DNA of 64,000 nucleotides from Candidatus Bathyarchaeota archaeon (GCA_963768425.1 CAVYHV010000023.1:31260-95259), one strand, 5' to 3'. Positions 29,223 through 39,533 are shown, counted from the stretch's first letter. Program-made: numbers and translations. Notes: generated by a model from the sequence alone, not told the origin.

Positions 29223-29372
29223 GCTGAAAAGCCAGTGTGCCAAAGAGTGGAAACCAATCGCATACACTTAACGTAAGATGTGAGTCGAAAAAGCAACGGA
29301 ATCATCCTGATTCACAGTGCACGGGATTCATTGAAGAGTCTTGGTAGAATCCCCTTTGTTTTTTGACATTAA

Positions 29373-29501
29373 CTATTCGCAGTCAACTAGATGGGCTGTT
29401 CCGTCTGGACAATAAACTTTCTCGCCCACCGAAACATGGGCAAAGCGAAGCTTACATTCAGAAAGTTGCCTTTCGCATCCGTCACAATCACGAGATAACA
29501 T
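29373..29501 (-). CDS. 42-aa Cys-rich putative metal-binding micro-protein
   Basis: MLSRDCDGCERQLSECKLRFAHVSVGEKVYCPDGTAHLVDCE; AGGTG SD upstream; not in ORF track. Confidence 0.6.
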   Translation of the reverse strand: MLSRDCDGCERQLSECKLRFAHVSVGEKVYCPDGTAHLVDCE

Positions 29502-29709
29502 TTCAACACCTAACCATGACACGCGTCATAAGTCGCTTATACAACTTTCCACCGCCGTAAACCAAACTCAATGGGAGACCAAGAGAAAACAGAAAACATT
29601 CAATCCATGCTTCAAAGCTGATGGTAATAATTTGATAGCAAGTCAGTTAAGAATTTTGAACAATGAATACAACTATCATAATTGGAAACAGAAATTGGAA
29701 AAGCTTGCT

Positions 29710-29787
29710 TTAGTGTAAATTCACTTCCATAAGTGGATCCGCAATGGCGGTTGAACATGCTGTTGCTTGAGTTTTTTCGATGCACAT
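29710..29787 (-). CDS. Possible 25-aa peptide
   Basis: MCIEKTQATACSTAIADPLMEVNLH, preceded by a strong AGGAGGTG SD. Confidence 0.3.
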   Translation of the reverse strand: MCIEKTQATACSTAIADPLMEVNLH

Positions 29788-30076
29788 CTTTAAACTCCCA
29801 CCTCCTTTTGCATTCTCTCCCGAAATAAGGCTTATCGGTTAGAGATTTGTTACAAAAAAGCCAACTATTTTGTTGAACGGTTACCTGATCTTTACTTAAA
29901 TGAAAGATAGGTGCGACTAGTGAAGCCTCAGTTTCCCCATATTAATTGTTCTTCACTATTCAGACGGCTCTTCATGCATCATTGGCTTCAACTAAAAAAG
30001 AACCAACTGGAAAATAAACATTAATGAAAAATCTTTAAGCAACTAAGCAGCATATCATTCAGACTGGTGTCAACGG

Positions 30077-30277
30077 TTGAGTGGAGAACGTTTTATTCAC
30101 GCAGGGATCTTCTTTCTATTACTTATTGGCTTAGCGGTTTTTGGTTCCTGGGAGGCTTACACCAACCTGCATAATAACATTTTTCTTGCATTCGCCGGCA
30201 TCGTTTTAAGCTGTGGAATAGTTCTTTTGGCACTGTACGTTGTTTTCAAGCGGCTTGGCTGGGAATGGTGGAGCTAA
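30077..30277 (+). CDS. Small two-TM membrane protein
   Basis: 66-aa hydrophobic ORF; GGTG SD; AAAATCTTTAAG BRE/TATA upstream. Confidence 0.65.
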   Translation: MSGERFIHAGIFFLLLIGLAVFGSWEAYTNLHNNIFLAFAGIVLSCGIVLLALYVVFKRLGWEWWS

Positions 30278-30336
30278 AAACCACAAAATCAAGTTTAAAA
30301 TAATGATTAAAAAGAGAATAAGTCTTGGGAGCTTGC

Positions 30337-30732
30337 TTACTTTGCCCTTACGATTTTAACTCTGCCCAGTATTTTCCAGTACTCGATTTCGGTGCCGGGA
30401 GTCAGCTTTGATTTCTGAACGTCTTCCTCATCTGGGAAGGGAGCATCAATGTATTCGTATGTTTCCAGATCCATGATTTGCACGCCGGTTGGGTTCACAG
30501 CGAAAACTTGACCCGCTCGTTTGTCGATTATTGGAACTTCTGCGCCGAGGTCAACTGGCTTAACGAACTGTCGCTTTTGCTTGTCAAACACGCCGATTGC
30601 GACGATTCTGGCTTTTGCGGAACCGTGTTTTCCAGGTTTAGATTTGGCGATGTCCACTATACGGCAGGGTTCTCCCTCAATCATCATGTAACCGCCAACC
30701 CGCAACTCTCCGACATCAACAGGTTTACTCAT
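30337..30732 (-). CDS. eif5a: Translation factor aIF5A
   Basis: Hypusine motif SKPGKHGSAK; start taken at ATG 30732. Confidence 0.96.
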   Translation of the reverse strand: MSKPVDVGELRVGGYMMIEGEPCRIVDIAKSKPGKHGSAKARIVAIGVFDKQKRQFVKPVDLGAEVPIIDKRAGQVFAVNPTGVQIMDLETYEYIDAPFPDEEDVQKSKLTPGTEIEYWKILGRVKIVRAK

Positions 30733-31064
30733 ACAACCACCAACAGTACACTTTCTAACCAAAACATTCTGAACAACAGCCATATATAGATATTTATCAA
30801 GTTTTCAATGTCTGTGAAACATTTAGATTTTCTATTATAATTTACATGATGTAATAGGTCTCATTATCATGTTGAAGAGCAGAGTTTTACATAAAAGCAG
30901 TGTGAAGGATCAGTTTTTTCCTTGTGCTTTCTTTATCTGCAGAAGTTCTTGATAAATGAGTGTACTTAGGTACATAACATTATGAACTTTGAACCCATAG
31001 CGATAATTCAAAGAGTAAGAGGGTCTATGGAATATAGGTCATCAAAGGCGAAATAACAGCCCCG

Positions 31065-31529
31065 TTATGTTAAGTTTGCACCGCAGTTAACACATCTGGA
31101 AGCATCCGGTTTATTTTTGGTTCCACAGTATGAACAAATTATCATTCCTGGGGTTGTACCTTTAGTTGAAGCCTGTGTTTGGGCTTTGATGATGTTTTCT
31201 CTTATTATTCTGTAAGCTTTTTCTGCGTCGGTATTGGGTATATCGTTAAGTAGAAGAGGCGGCACCACGGACCTTAAGGTGCATTTGATTGTCGAACGCA
31301 ATATTCCTTTGTCTATGATTGCATTTTCGAAGTCCATATAGTTGTAGTCGGTGTAGTCTTTTTTTAGTCTGAGTGCGTGAGGATGACGCAAAATTACTCG
31401 TTGGTTAGTTATGACAACTGAGTCGATATCAATTTTGAGATGATAAAACTTCTGCTTAATATAAAGTTCAACAGTTTCGTTTGGGTCAAGAATGTCTTTC
31501 AAATCATCAGGAGTCGCCATAATCTTCAT
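31065..31529 (-). CDS. Bacterial-type PH domain protein with C-terminal zinc ribbon
   Basis: L...E.V....KQ, VITNQRVI, KGIL; CSYCG...CVNCG. Confidence 0.75.
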   Translation of the reverse strand: MKIMATPDDLKDILDPNETVELYIKQKFYHLKIDIDSVVITNQRVILRHPHALRLKKDYTDYNYMDFENAIIDKGILRSTIKCTLRSVVPPLLLNDIPNTDAEKAYRIIRENIIKAQTQASTKGTTPGMIICSYCGTKNKPDASRCVNCGANLT

Positions 31530-31770
31530 CGATGTTAAGAAGCTTTGACAGTTATTTATCTCTTAGACAGAGTACCTGAACATAGACCACAATACCAATA
31601 TTAGATAGATTTCGCATCAAAAAAATTGTCACTTGAGTAATTGCACTAGCTCAAAGAAATGTTGCAATCAAACCCCGAAAGCACACCTACATAGTTATAA
31701 AAAACACCGAAAGGCAAATACTTGACCAGCTATCATGAAATCAGGTTTATTGTTTACTCGGTGAGTCGAG

Positions 31771-32754
31771 ATGAGCGAAGATTTAGTGATTCAGACAAGT
31801 GGGCTTCGTAAAACTTTCGTTTCCACGGGGAGAGGGGGAAAGAAAGAGGTAGAAGCTGTCAAGGGTATTGACCTTAGCGTTAGGAAAGGGGAGATCTTCG
31901 GTTTTCTGGGCCCTAACGGCGCCGGTAAATCCACTACGCAGAAGATGCTTTCCACATTACTATGTCCAACTGGTGGAGAAGCCAAAGTTTTGGGATATAA
32001 CTTGGCTGAACAGCAAGAGCAGATTAGACAGAACATTGGCTGCGTGAGTCAAGCAGGCGGAGCAGACCTGTCATCTACAGGACTTGAAAACCTTGTCTTG
32101 CAAGCACAACTTTATGGTTTAGATGATTTGACTGCAAAGAAATACGCCTCCGAATTCGTAGAGCGCTTCCAAATGAGCTCATTTATAGAGAGACCTGCCC
32201 AATCCTATTCAGGCGGCCAAAAGCGACGACTGGACATTGCACTTGGAATGATTCATCATCCAAAGCTGCTTCTTCTCGATGAGCCGACAACAGGCCTTGA
32301 CCCGCAAAGCAGAGCCTATCTATGGGGAGAAATAAGAAAACTCAAAGATGCGGGAGTCACCATCTTCTTAACGACGCAGTATATGGATGAAGCTGACAAG
32401 CTTTGCGATGTAATTGCGATTATAGATGACGGAAAAATCATAGTGACAGGAACGCCAAACGAGTTGAAAAGCTCTGTCGGCGGCGACCACATCGTTTTTA
32501 GTTTTCTGTCGGAAGAAATCGCGCACAGGGGTGAAACATTGTTAACCGAGAAGGTTAAAGTAGAGAAGATTCAAACCAAAAGCAACGCATTGCATCTTAC
32601 CATTAAGGATGGGGAGAGAATTATGCCTGATCTGCTACGGTCACTCGACGCAAACGGCTTGGAGGCACAAACCGTAACCCTGTCTAGACCAAGTTTAGAT
32701 GATGTTTTTCTTAAGTACACGGGTCGTTCGCTTAGGGAGGATACTATAAAATGA
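31771..32754 (+). CDS. ABC exporter ATP-binding subunit (DrrA-like)
   Basis: GPNGAGKST, YSGGQKRRLD, LLDEPTTGLDPQSR, PSLDDVFL..TG. Confidence 0.93.
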   Translation: MSEDLVIQTSGLRKTFVSTGRGGKKEVEAVKGIDLSVRKGEIFGFLGPNGAGKSTTQKMLSTLLCPTGGEAKVLGYNLAEQQEQIRQNIGCVSQAGGADLSSTGLENLVLQAQLYGLDDLTAKKYASEFVERFQMSSFIERPAQSYSGGQKRRLDIALGMIHHPKLLLLDEPTTGLDPQSRAYLWGEIRKLKDAGVTIFLTTQYMDEADKLCDVIAIIDDGKIIVTGTPNELKSSVGGDHIVFSFLSEEIAHRGETLLTEKVKVEKIQTKSNALHLTIKDGERIMPDLLRSLDANGLEAQTVTLSRPSLDDVFLKYTGRSLREDTIK

Positions 32755-33512
32755 CCCTTTTACGCGACACTAAATTGATGTTTATTCGCAACATGCAGCA
32801 TACTCTGCGGAGCCCAGTCTTTGTTTTCGTAAGCATGTTCCAGCCGCTGATGTACTTGCTTTTGTTTATGCCGCTCCTAAACGGCCTAGGTACTGTTCCC
32901 GGAATTAAGTCTGGAGAAGCAGTTGATGTTTTCATTCCTGGACTTTTGGTTCTGGAAGCGCTATTCGGTACAGCTTTTGTCGGATTCTCCCTCATTGATG
33001 ACATTAGGAGTGGAGTTATAGAACGATTCTTAGTCACCCCAGCTAAAAGACCATCTATTCTCTTAGGAAGAGTTCTAAGGGATGCAGTAATCTTGCTTCT
33101 TCAATGTGTCCTGATTACGTTGGTTGCTATTCCTTTTGGGCTGAGCGTAAATATTTACGGGTTTTCGCTCTCACTTGTGCTTTACGCTTTGATCGGAATT
33201 ACCATGGCGTCCATTTCCTACGGTTTCGCTCTCATCTACAAAATTGAGGACGCCCTCGCGCCCACGCTTAACACAATAACTCTGCCTGTCTCGTTGCTTT
33301 CAGGAATAATCCTTCCTCTTGCACTTGCGCCAATCTGGCTTCAGGACATAGCGAAGATCAACCCATTCTCATATGCCGTCAATGCTACGCGCACCTTGTT
33401 TGCTGGGAACTTTAACAACATCGGAATCTTAGAAGGCTTTGTCATTATCGGCGCACTAGCGATTTTGGTGTTCCTATGGGGGCTGAGGTCACTTAACAAA
33501 ATGGCATCATAA
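32751..33512 (+). CDS. ABC-2 type permease (DrrB-like)
   Basis: Six TMs, G..ER.LVTP, P.WL..IAK.NP.SYAV.A.R; ATGA overlap with the ATPase gene. Confidence 0.92.
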   Translation: MTLLRDTKLMFIRNMQHTLRSPVFVFVSMFQPLMYLLLFMPLLNGLGTVPGIKSGEAVDVFIPGLLVLEALFGTAFVGFSLIDDIRSGVIERFLVTPAKRPSILLGRVLRDAVILLLQCVLITLVAIPFGLSVNIYGFSLSLVLYALIGITMASISYGFALIYKIEDALAPTLNTITLPVSLLSGIILPLALAPIWLQDIAKINPFSYAVNATRTLFAGNFNNIGILEGFVIIGALAILVFLWGLRSLNKMAS

Positions 33513-33750
33513 CAGGCTCCCATAGTGCGCGTTTTGAGAGTGCCCCAATACCCATCCCAAAGGCAAGTCCCGTCGGTTCGGCCAGCCACCAGAGTAAGTG
33601 GCCTGAGCAAAAACAAAATTTCAGGGCGAGCAAATTTTTGCATAGATTTTTGTGAAGCTATAACAACGTGTGGAATATCTATTTGGTTGGGTTGGCGGCG
33701 CAACATTTTTAACATCGACGTAACTGCTGAAACAAATCGTAGAGATGTGA

Positions 33751-33990
33751 TTGGTAATGGTACGTGCATACATGTTCCTTAACGTAGCACCTAGTTCGGA
33801 ATCAAAAGTGTTGCATCAACTTAAAATTCTACAATCTGTTGAAGAAGCTTACGTTGCCTATGGAGTATATGACATTGTCATTAGAGTTAAAGCCAAAACG
33901 CCTGAGGAACTTAAGGAAGTCGTGTCGCATCAAATAAGGGGTACCGATGGGGTAGTATCCACTTTGACGTTGATGATGACCGAAGAATAA
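33751..33990 (+). CDS. Stand-alone Lrp/AsnC ligand-binding (RAM) domain protein
   Basis: AY..YG.YDIV..V and IR...GV.ST.TL motifs. Confidence 0.85.
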   Translation: MVMVRAYMFLNVAPSSESKVLHQLKILQSVEEAYVAYGVYDIVIRVKAKTPEELKEVVSHQIRGTDGVVSTLTLMMTEE

Positions 33991-34252
33991 ACAGACGCAA
34001 CTACTCGAAGTTCAGAACTCGAAAAGAGTTACTAGATTGTGGTTCTTTTAGCATCTTAGAGTGAAGAGTTCATCTGGTTCGCAGATGGCTTTTTTGCATT
34101 CGAGATTTGTCTTTGGTGGTCTGAATTTTGCCTTCGTAGCCTAAATTCCCCCGAATGTGGAGGAGAAATAAGAAGAAGCATTGCCAGCATATTTAAAATT
34201 TAATAAGCGAATCTGAACTAATTCTTTTAAGACAATTTCAACCGTTGTTGAC

Positions 34253-36850
34253 TTGATGACGGAAAACCAAGAAATCCTAACTCTGCCAGTTAACGAAGTT
34301 CTAGCACAGCTTAAGACTTCCCAATCTGGATTAACCACGCAGGAAGTTCAAAGCCGCCTCGCAACGTACGGCCCAAACGAACTTGCCGAGAAACAGAAAC
34401 GCACAGGGCTTATTGAAATTCTATATCACCTAAGAAATCCACTCGTGCTCATACTTCTGATCGCAGCTTTGATCTCTGGGTTTGTGAAGGAGTATTCGGA
34501 CGCGGTTATAATTTTCTCGATTGTTCTTATCAGCATAGTTCTCGATGTGTACCAAGAAACCAAAGCTCAGAACGCCGCTGAAGCACTCAAGGAAAGAGTA
34601 ACTACAAAGGCGACAGCTCTAAGAGATGGTCTCAAACAAGAAGTAAAACTTTCCGAAATCGTTCCCGGAGACATTGTGTATCTGATAGCAGGAGACCTTG
34701 TTCCCGCTGATTCCAGGCTTATCAGCGCGAAAGATTTTAACCTTAACCAATCAGCCTTGACTGGTGAAGCGTTTCCAGTTGAAAAGAACGCTAATCCTCT
34801 TTCAACAACAACAGCCGAGTTAACCAGTTGGAGCAACTATGTTTTCTTGGGAACATCGGTAGTGAGCGGGACTGGAACCGCCGTTGTGGTGAAGACGGGG
34901 AGCTCCACGCAGTACGGCGGAATCGCCAAAGAACTTGTTGGCAAGGCGACTGAAACCGAGTTTGAGAAGGGACTTCGACGTTTTGGAGCTTTAATGACGG
35001 AAGTCACGCTTTTTCTAGTGCTTTTCGTGTTTTTCGTTAACGCCTTCTTCTATTCGGGCAGCCGCAGCATACTAGATTCACTTCTTTTCGCAGTTGCACT
35101 TGCGGTAGGCCTAACGCCAGAGCTCTTGCCCATGATAATGTCCATCAACCTGTCCAGAGGCGCAGTGGCAATGTCCCAAAAAGGCGTTATCGTAAAAAGG
35201 TTGGCAGCCATACAGAACTTTGGCAACATGGACGTTTTATGCACGGATAAAACGGGGACGCTAACCGAAAATAAGTTGACCTTAAACAATTACGAAGATT
35301 TAGAAGGAAAGCAAGCTCCAAAAATATTGACTTACGGCTACATTAACAGCGTTTTAGAAGCAGGGCTGAAAAGCCCATTAGACGATGCGGTCCTCCAGTA
35401 CAAACCCTTAGACGTAAGCAACATCAACAAAATCGATGAGATCCCATTTGACTTTATCCGACGTCGCGTTTCGGTGGTCGTTGAATATGAAGGACAAAGA
35501 GTCCTTATCGCCAAAGGCGCACCTGAAGAAATCCAAAAGATCTGCACAAACTGTGAAACTGACGAAAAAGTAAGCGATTTCGCCAACGTTTGCCAAAGCA
35601 TGTTTAATCAGAAATATATGGAACTCAGCGCTCAGGGATACAGAGTTTTGGCAGTCGCGTACAAAAAAGTCACAGACGACAAAACGCACTACTCAATAGG
35701 CGATGAAACCGACATGGTTTTCCTAGGTTTCTTGTCTTTCCTTGATCCGCCTAAAGAAAGCGCTAAAGAATCTGTCAGATTGCTAGCAAGAGACGGGGTA
35801 GAACTCAAAATAGTCACCGGCGACAACGAGTTAGTCACAAAAACCACCTGTGAACAATTAGGCTTTAACATAAAAGGCATCATCCTCGGAAACGAAATTG
35901 CCCAACTTCAAGACGACGCCTTATCTCGTGTTGTAGAGGACAACAACATTTTCGCCCGCGTCAATCCCGCTCAGAAAGACAGAGTTATCAAGGCCTTACG
36001 CTCAAACGGGCACGTGGTAGGGTACATGGGAGACGGCATAAACGACGCACCTTCCCTGAAAACTGCAGATGTGGGAATATCGGTTGAGAACGCTGTTGAC
36101 GTGGCGAAAGAATCAGCGGACCTCATCCTTCTGCAATCAGACCTGACTGTCCTTGATCAAGGGGTCTTGGAAGGCAGGAAAACTTTTGGCAACACGATGA
36201 AATACATAATGATGGGCGTGAGTTCAAACTTCGGTACCATGTTCAGCGTGGCCGGCGCTTCTTTGTTTTTGAGCTTTCTGCCTATGACAGCTATTCAAAT
36301 TCTATTGAACAACCTCTTGTACGATCTCTCCGAAGCCACTATTCCCACAGATAACGTAGACGAAGAATACATTGAAAAACCCAAAAAGCTCGACATCTCC
36401 TACATAAGAAGGTTCATGGTGGTCATGGGACCCGTAAGCTCCATCTTTGATTTTCTAACTTTCTTCATAATGCTTGTTGTCTTCCAAGCATCAGTTCACG
36501 TCTTTCAAACCGCATGGTTTGTCGAATCTCTTTCAACACAAACCCTAGTAGTTTTTGTCTTAAGAACTAGAAAGACGCCGTTTTACAAGAGCAAACCAGG
36601 CAAATACTTGCTGATAAGCAGTCTAACTGTAGTTGCAGTAGCGTTCGCATTACCCTACACGCCTTTGGGAGCCATATTCCAGTTTGTGCCTCCCCCTGCA
36701 ACATTCTACCCAGCCTTAGCAGGACTGATAATTGCCTACATCTTCTTGGTCGAATTCGTCAAGAAATGGTTCACCAAACGATTCGCCTACCTTCTTGAAC
36801 AAAGATACGTGCCGATTAAGACAAAACCGGCTGGCACAACAACCAAATAA
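34253..36850 (+). CDS. mgtA: Mg2+-translocating P-type ATPase
   Basis: LTGE, AVGLTPELLPMI, DKTGTLT, DEIPFDF.RRR.SV, GDGINDAP, SSNFG..FS, NNLLYD. Confidence 0.92.
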   Translation: MMTENQEILTLPVNEVLAQLKTSQSGLTTQEVQSRLATYGPNELAEKQKRTGLIEILYHLRNPLVLILLIAALISGFVKEYSDAVIIFSIVLISIVLDVYQETKAQNAAEALKERVTTKATALRDGLKQEVKLSEIVPGDIVYLIAGDLVPADSRLISAKDFNLNQSALTGEAFPVEKNANPLSTTTAELTSWSNYVFLGTSVVSGTGTAVVVKTGSSTQYGGIAKELVGKATETEFEKGLRRFGALMTEVTLFLVLFVFFVNAFFYSGSRSILDSLLFAVALAVGLTPELLPMIMSINLSRGAVAMSQKGVIVKRLAAIQNFGNMDVLCTDKTGTLTENKLTLNNYEDLEGKQAPKILTYGYINSVLEAGLKSPLDDAVLQYKPLDVSNINKIDEIPFDFIRRRVSVVVEYEGQRVLIAKGAPEEIQKICTNCETDEKVSDFANVCQSMFNQKYMELSAQGYRVLAVAYKKVTDDKTHYSIGDETDMVFLGFLSFLDPPKESAKESVRLLARDGVELKIVTGDNELVTKTTCEQLGFNIKGIILGNEIAQLQDDALSRVVEDNNIFARVNPAQKDRVIKALRSNGHVVGYMGDGINDAPSLKTADVGISVENAVDVAKESADLILLQSDLTVLDQGVLEGRKTFGNTMKYIMMGVSSNFGTMFSVAGASLFLSFLPMTAIQILLNNLLYDLSEATIPTDNVDEEYIEKPKKLDISYIRRFMVVMGPVSSIFDFLTFFIMLVVFQASVHVFQTAWFVESLSTQTLVVFVLRTRKTPFYKSKPGKYLLISSLTVVAVAFALPYTPLGAIFQFVPPPATFYPALAGLIIAYIFLVEFVKKWFTKRFAYLLEQRYVPIKTKPAGTTTK

Positions 36851-36952
36851 GAAAGTTTGTTAAGCAATAGACGACAGAACGTTTAGTTCTCAATGAGGTT
36901 TGAACCATTGCCCTTTCAGCACAAACCTGGAACCACATTGAAAAGAATTGCT

Positions 36953-37309
36953 TTACCAATCAGGTTTTCTCTTCCAAATGTTGTATGTACATTGACCCCA
37001 ACAGTAGGAGCCGCCCTTATATTGACAGCCATTGCAGGAAACACCAGTGAATTTAGGCATAGACTCTTGCTTGGAGTGGACACGAACAAAAACCTTTTTC
37101 GGTTCAATTTGACCTGCCGACACACCCTCTTTTTGGTACTTCAAACGTTGCGGGCACTTCACATAGATTGTGGGGTCACGGAAAATTGATTGTGGACAAG
37201 GGGAACCTGCGCACTCACGTGTGCTTAATTCAAATTCTCCTAAACCTGTCTCAGCTAAGGCGTACTCGCAACAAATCACTTTCACAGTGTCTTTCCCTTC
37301 TTCTGTCAT
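36953..37309 (-). CDS. Cys-rich hypothetical protein
   Basis: 118 aa with nine Cys (CC, C..SPC, C, CNGC, C.GQC); GGAG SD upstream. Confidence 0.6.
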   Translation of the reverse strand: MTEEGKDTVKVICCEYALAETGLGEFELSTRECAGSPCPQSIFRDPTIYVKCPQRLKYQKEGVSAGQIEPKKVFVRVHSKQESMPKFTGVSCNGCQYKGGSYCWGQCTYNIWKRKPDW

Positions 37310-37393
37310 GTCTGTGGCGATCTCCTACAAGTCAAATGTTTCTTCTTCCTCTACTTTGTAGGTGTGCAACCTAAAGACGTTTGTGTAAGGCTG

Positions 37394-37960
37394 TTAATGG
37401 ATCTGCCCTTCGTGTAAGTTAAGAGGTTTCTTGAATATTTCTTCTCTCCATTTGTTCTCCCAGCTTGCCCAACCTGTCTTCACGAGGCTTTCCCTCAAAT
37501 GGGGCTTTTCAGCAACCCACTCCAGAAATGTCCAAAAGCGTCTTTTATCTTTAAGAATTTCCTTGGGAACTCCTTTTTCTTCGCACCATCGAATATAGCC
37601 ATTTTCAACCATTTGTTTAAGCTCAGGTGGCGACTCTACTTTTTGGACTGTAAAGCCATGTTTTTCCAAGTGCTCTATAATGCTGGACAAAACGTATTCT
37701 TGGCAAACCTTAAAGCAGGTTTCACTGTCAGGCTGCATAACTGCAATGATTTCATCTGCAATCTTTATGGCGTCATCCAAGTATTTCTTGCTCTTGAAGT
37801 TTGGCGGCTGAAAAGAAGACGTGGGAATTCTGCGCTCCATCAACATTGCATGTGGAGGCTTAAGAGCACCTACAACCACGCCTAATAACAGATCACTCCA
37901 CCCTGAAGAATCTATCAAGATAGTTTTCCCAGGAAGAAAACAGTCCAAAGCCAAACCCAA
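37394..37960 (-). CDS. Hypothetical protein, possible RNase H-like fold
   Basis: N-terminal ILIDSSGWSDLLLGVVVGA resembles the first strand of RNase HII (IGIDEAGRG...G.LVV). Confidence 0.6.
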   Translation of the reverse strand: MGLALDCFLPGKTILIDSSGWSDLLLGVVVGALKPPHAMLMERRIPTSSFQPPNFKSKKYLDDAIKIADEIIAVMQPDSETCFKVCQEYVLSSIIEHLEKHGFTVQKVESPPELKQMVENGYIRWCEEKGVPKEILKDKRRFWTFLEWVAEKPHLRESLVKTGWASWENKWREEIFKKPLNLHEGQIH

Positions 37961-38288
37961 TCACCGAGACAGTAAAATATGTGAGAAAGTCTTTTTTCAA
38001 TCTTTTGCTTATCGACCATTTCTAAATGAGGGATTAGGTTTTCCGCTATGAGAAACATAGGATAAAATATGATTTGTCTTATTCTACCCTGCTCATTTTA
38101 TGAAAAACTGAGGTTACTGGCTCATTTTTTTAGCGGTGGACTAATTCAAGGGGCTAAGTTGAGAATAGAATCAATTTGCGGTCACTTGAAGATGCAACAT
38201 TTTTGAATAAATCAAGCATGAAATCTCAGTTAACAACACGTAATCCTTTTATCGTGCAATTCAAACTCGTTTGAAATGTGCGTTCGAA

Positions 38289-38432
38289 ATGGTCAAGTGC
38301 CCCAAATGCAGGATTGAGTTTACGAAGCTCTTCAAAAAAATAGAGAATCCTTATTTTTCAGTAACATATTATGCCTGTGATAACTGCGGTCACGTTTTCA
38401 AGGTGGCGCGCGTCAAATATCCAACTAGCTAA
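38289..38432 (+). CDS. 47-aa basic zinc-ribbon micro-protein
   Basis: MVKCPKCRIEFTKLFKKIENPYFSVTYYACDNCGHVFKVARVKYPTS; two CxxC pairs; not in ORF track. Confidence 0.6.
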   Translation: MVKCPKCRIEFTKLFKKIENPYFSVTYYACDNCGHVFKVARVKYPTS

Positions 38433-38462
38433 TTCTTAAAGTGCAAAACGTTTCAAACAATT

Positions 38463-38555
38463 ATGGATAGAGAAACCGCAGTCGAGGTAATCGAAGAAAT
38501 CTTTGACGTTTGCAACCTTGTCGAAGGGAAATCAGTAAAACTGATGCCGCCATAA
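38463..38555 (+). pseudogene. Short or truncated ORF remnant
   Basis: MDRETAVEVIEEIFDVCNLVEGKSVKLMPP then TAA; reads like the N-terminus of a globular protein but ends at 30 aa. Confidence 0.3.
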
Positions 38556-38604
38556 TCAAACAACATTCTTCTGAGCAGTCCAGAAAATGGATAAGTAGTT
38601 CAAG

Positions 38605-39423
38605 ATGTCTAATTCAATTAAGGGTGATTTGATGACCACTATGCCCGTTCTTTTCATTGGACACGGTTCACCTATGAACATAGTGTTAAACAATAGCTAC
38701 ACCAAAAGCCTCGTCAAAGCGGCCAAGGAGTTTCCCAAGCCCCGAGCGATACTTGTGATATCTGCGCACTGGCTAACAGATGGTACTTGTGTGACATGCG
38801 ATAGCAATCCTAAGACCATCTATGACTTCTATGGTTTCCCAGACGAACTTTACCGCTTAAACTATCCAAGCCCCGGTTCGCCAGGAGACGCTGAATTTGC
38901 AATCAAAACCGTAAAGTCGACACAGATAACATGCGGAAACTGGGGATTAGATCATGCGGCCTGGGCTGTCTTAAAGCATATGTACGCCCTGGCTGACGTC
39001 CCAGTTTTTGAAATGAGCTTGGACTACTCACCATACAACAATTGGAACCCGAAATCTTTGGAGTTTCATTACAAGATAGGTTCAGAGCTTGCTCCTTTAC
39101 GAGAGAACGGTATTCTTATAATCGGAAGCGGGAACATTGTCCATAACTTGGGTCTTATCGATTTTGACGTTGACGCTAAACCGTTCGAGTGGGCCGTTAG
39201 ATTTGACGCAGAAATCAAACAATTGCTAGTTTCAGGCGATCATAATGGGCTTATCAATTACCGCAGCATTGGAAAAGAAGCGGTTTATGCGGTCCCAACT
39301 CTCGATCATTATTTGCCAATGATTTACGCTGTTGCGCTCCAAAGGAGGGAGGAGAAGTTGGAGTTCATTCATGAAGGTTTTCAGAATGGTTCAGTTTCAA
39401 TGCGAGCCTTCCGTATAGGATAG
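38605..39423 (+). CDS. ygiD: 4,5-DOPA extradiol dioxygenase (LigB family)
   Basis: LFIGHGSPMN, ISAHW, TIYDFYGFP, GLDH, GSGNIVHNL, HYLP. Confidence 0.9.
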   Translation: MSNSIKGDLMTTMPVLFIGHGSPMNIVLNNSYTKSLVKAAKEFPKPRAILVISAHWLTDGTCVTCDSNPKTIYDFYGFPDELYRLNYPSPGSPGDAEFAIKTVKSTQITCGNWGLDHAAWAVLKHMYALADVPVFEMSLDYSPYNNWNPKSLEFHYKIGSELAPLRENGILIIGSGNIVHNLGLIDFDVDAKPFEWAVRFDAEIKQLLVSGDHNGLINYRSIGKEAVYAVPTLDHYLPMIYAVALQRREEKLEFIHEGFQNGSVSMRAFRIG

Positions 39424-39533
39424 CGCACCAGCGCGACTTCGTTTGAAATAAAAAAAGGAGAGAAAATGCGGAAAGGGAGATTTCTCCACTGAAAGGGTTA
39501 ATATAGACTAAGGTGACGGTATTTTACTGAGCC

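Noticed and set aside
29363-29560. Plus-strand 65-aa ORF from the track
   Set aside because: The opposite-strand 42-aa Cys-rich ORF has an SD and a more protein-like pattern.
33991-34252. Mg2+-sensing leader or riboswitch upstream of mgtA
   Set aside because: Only a short AACTC-GAAAA-GAGTT hairpin is visible; no recognisable M-box or leader peptide. A covariance-model search would be needed.
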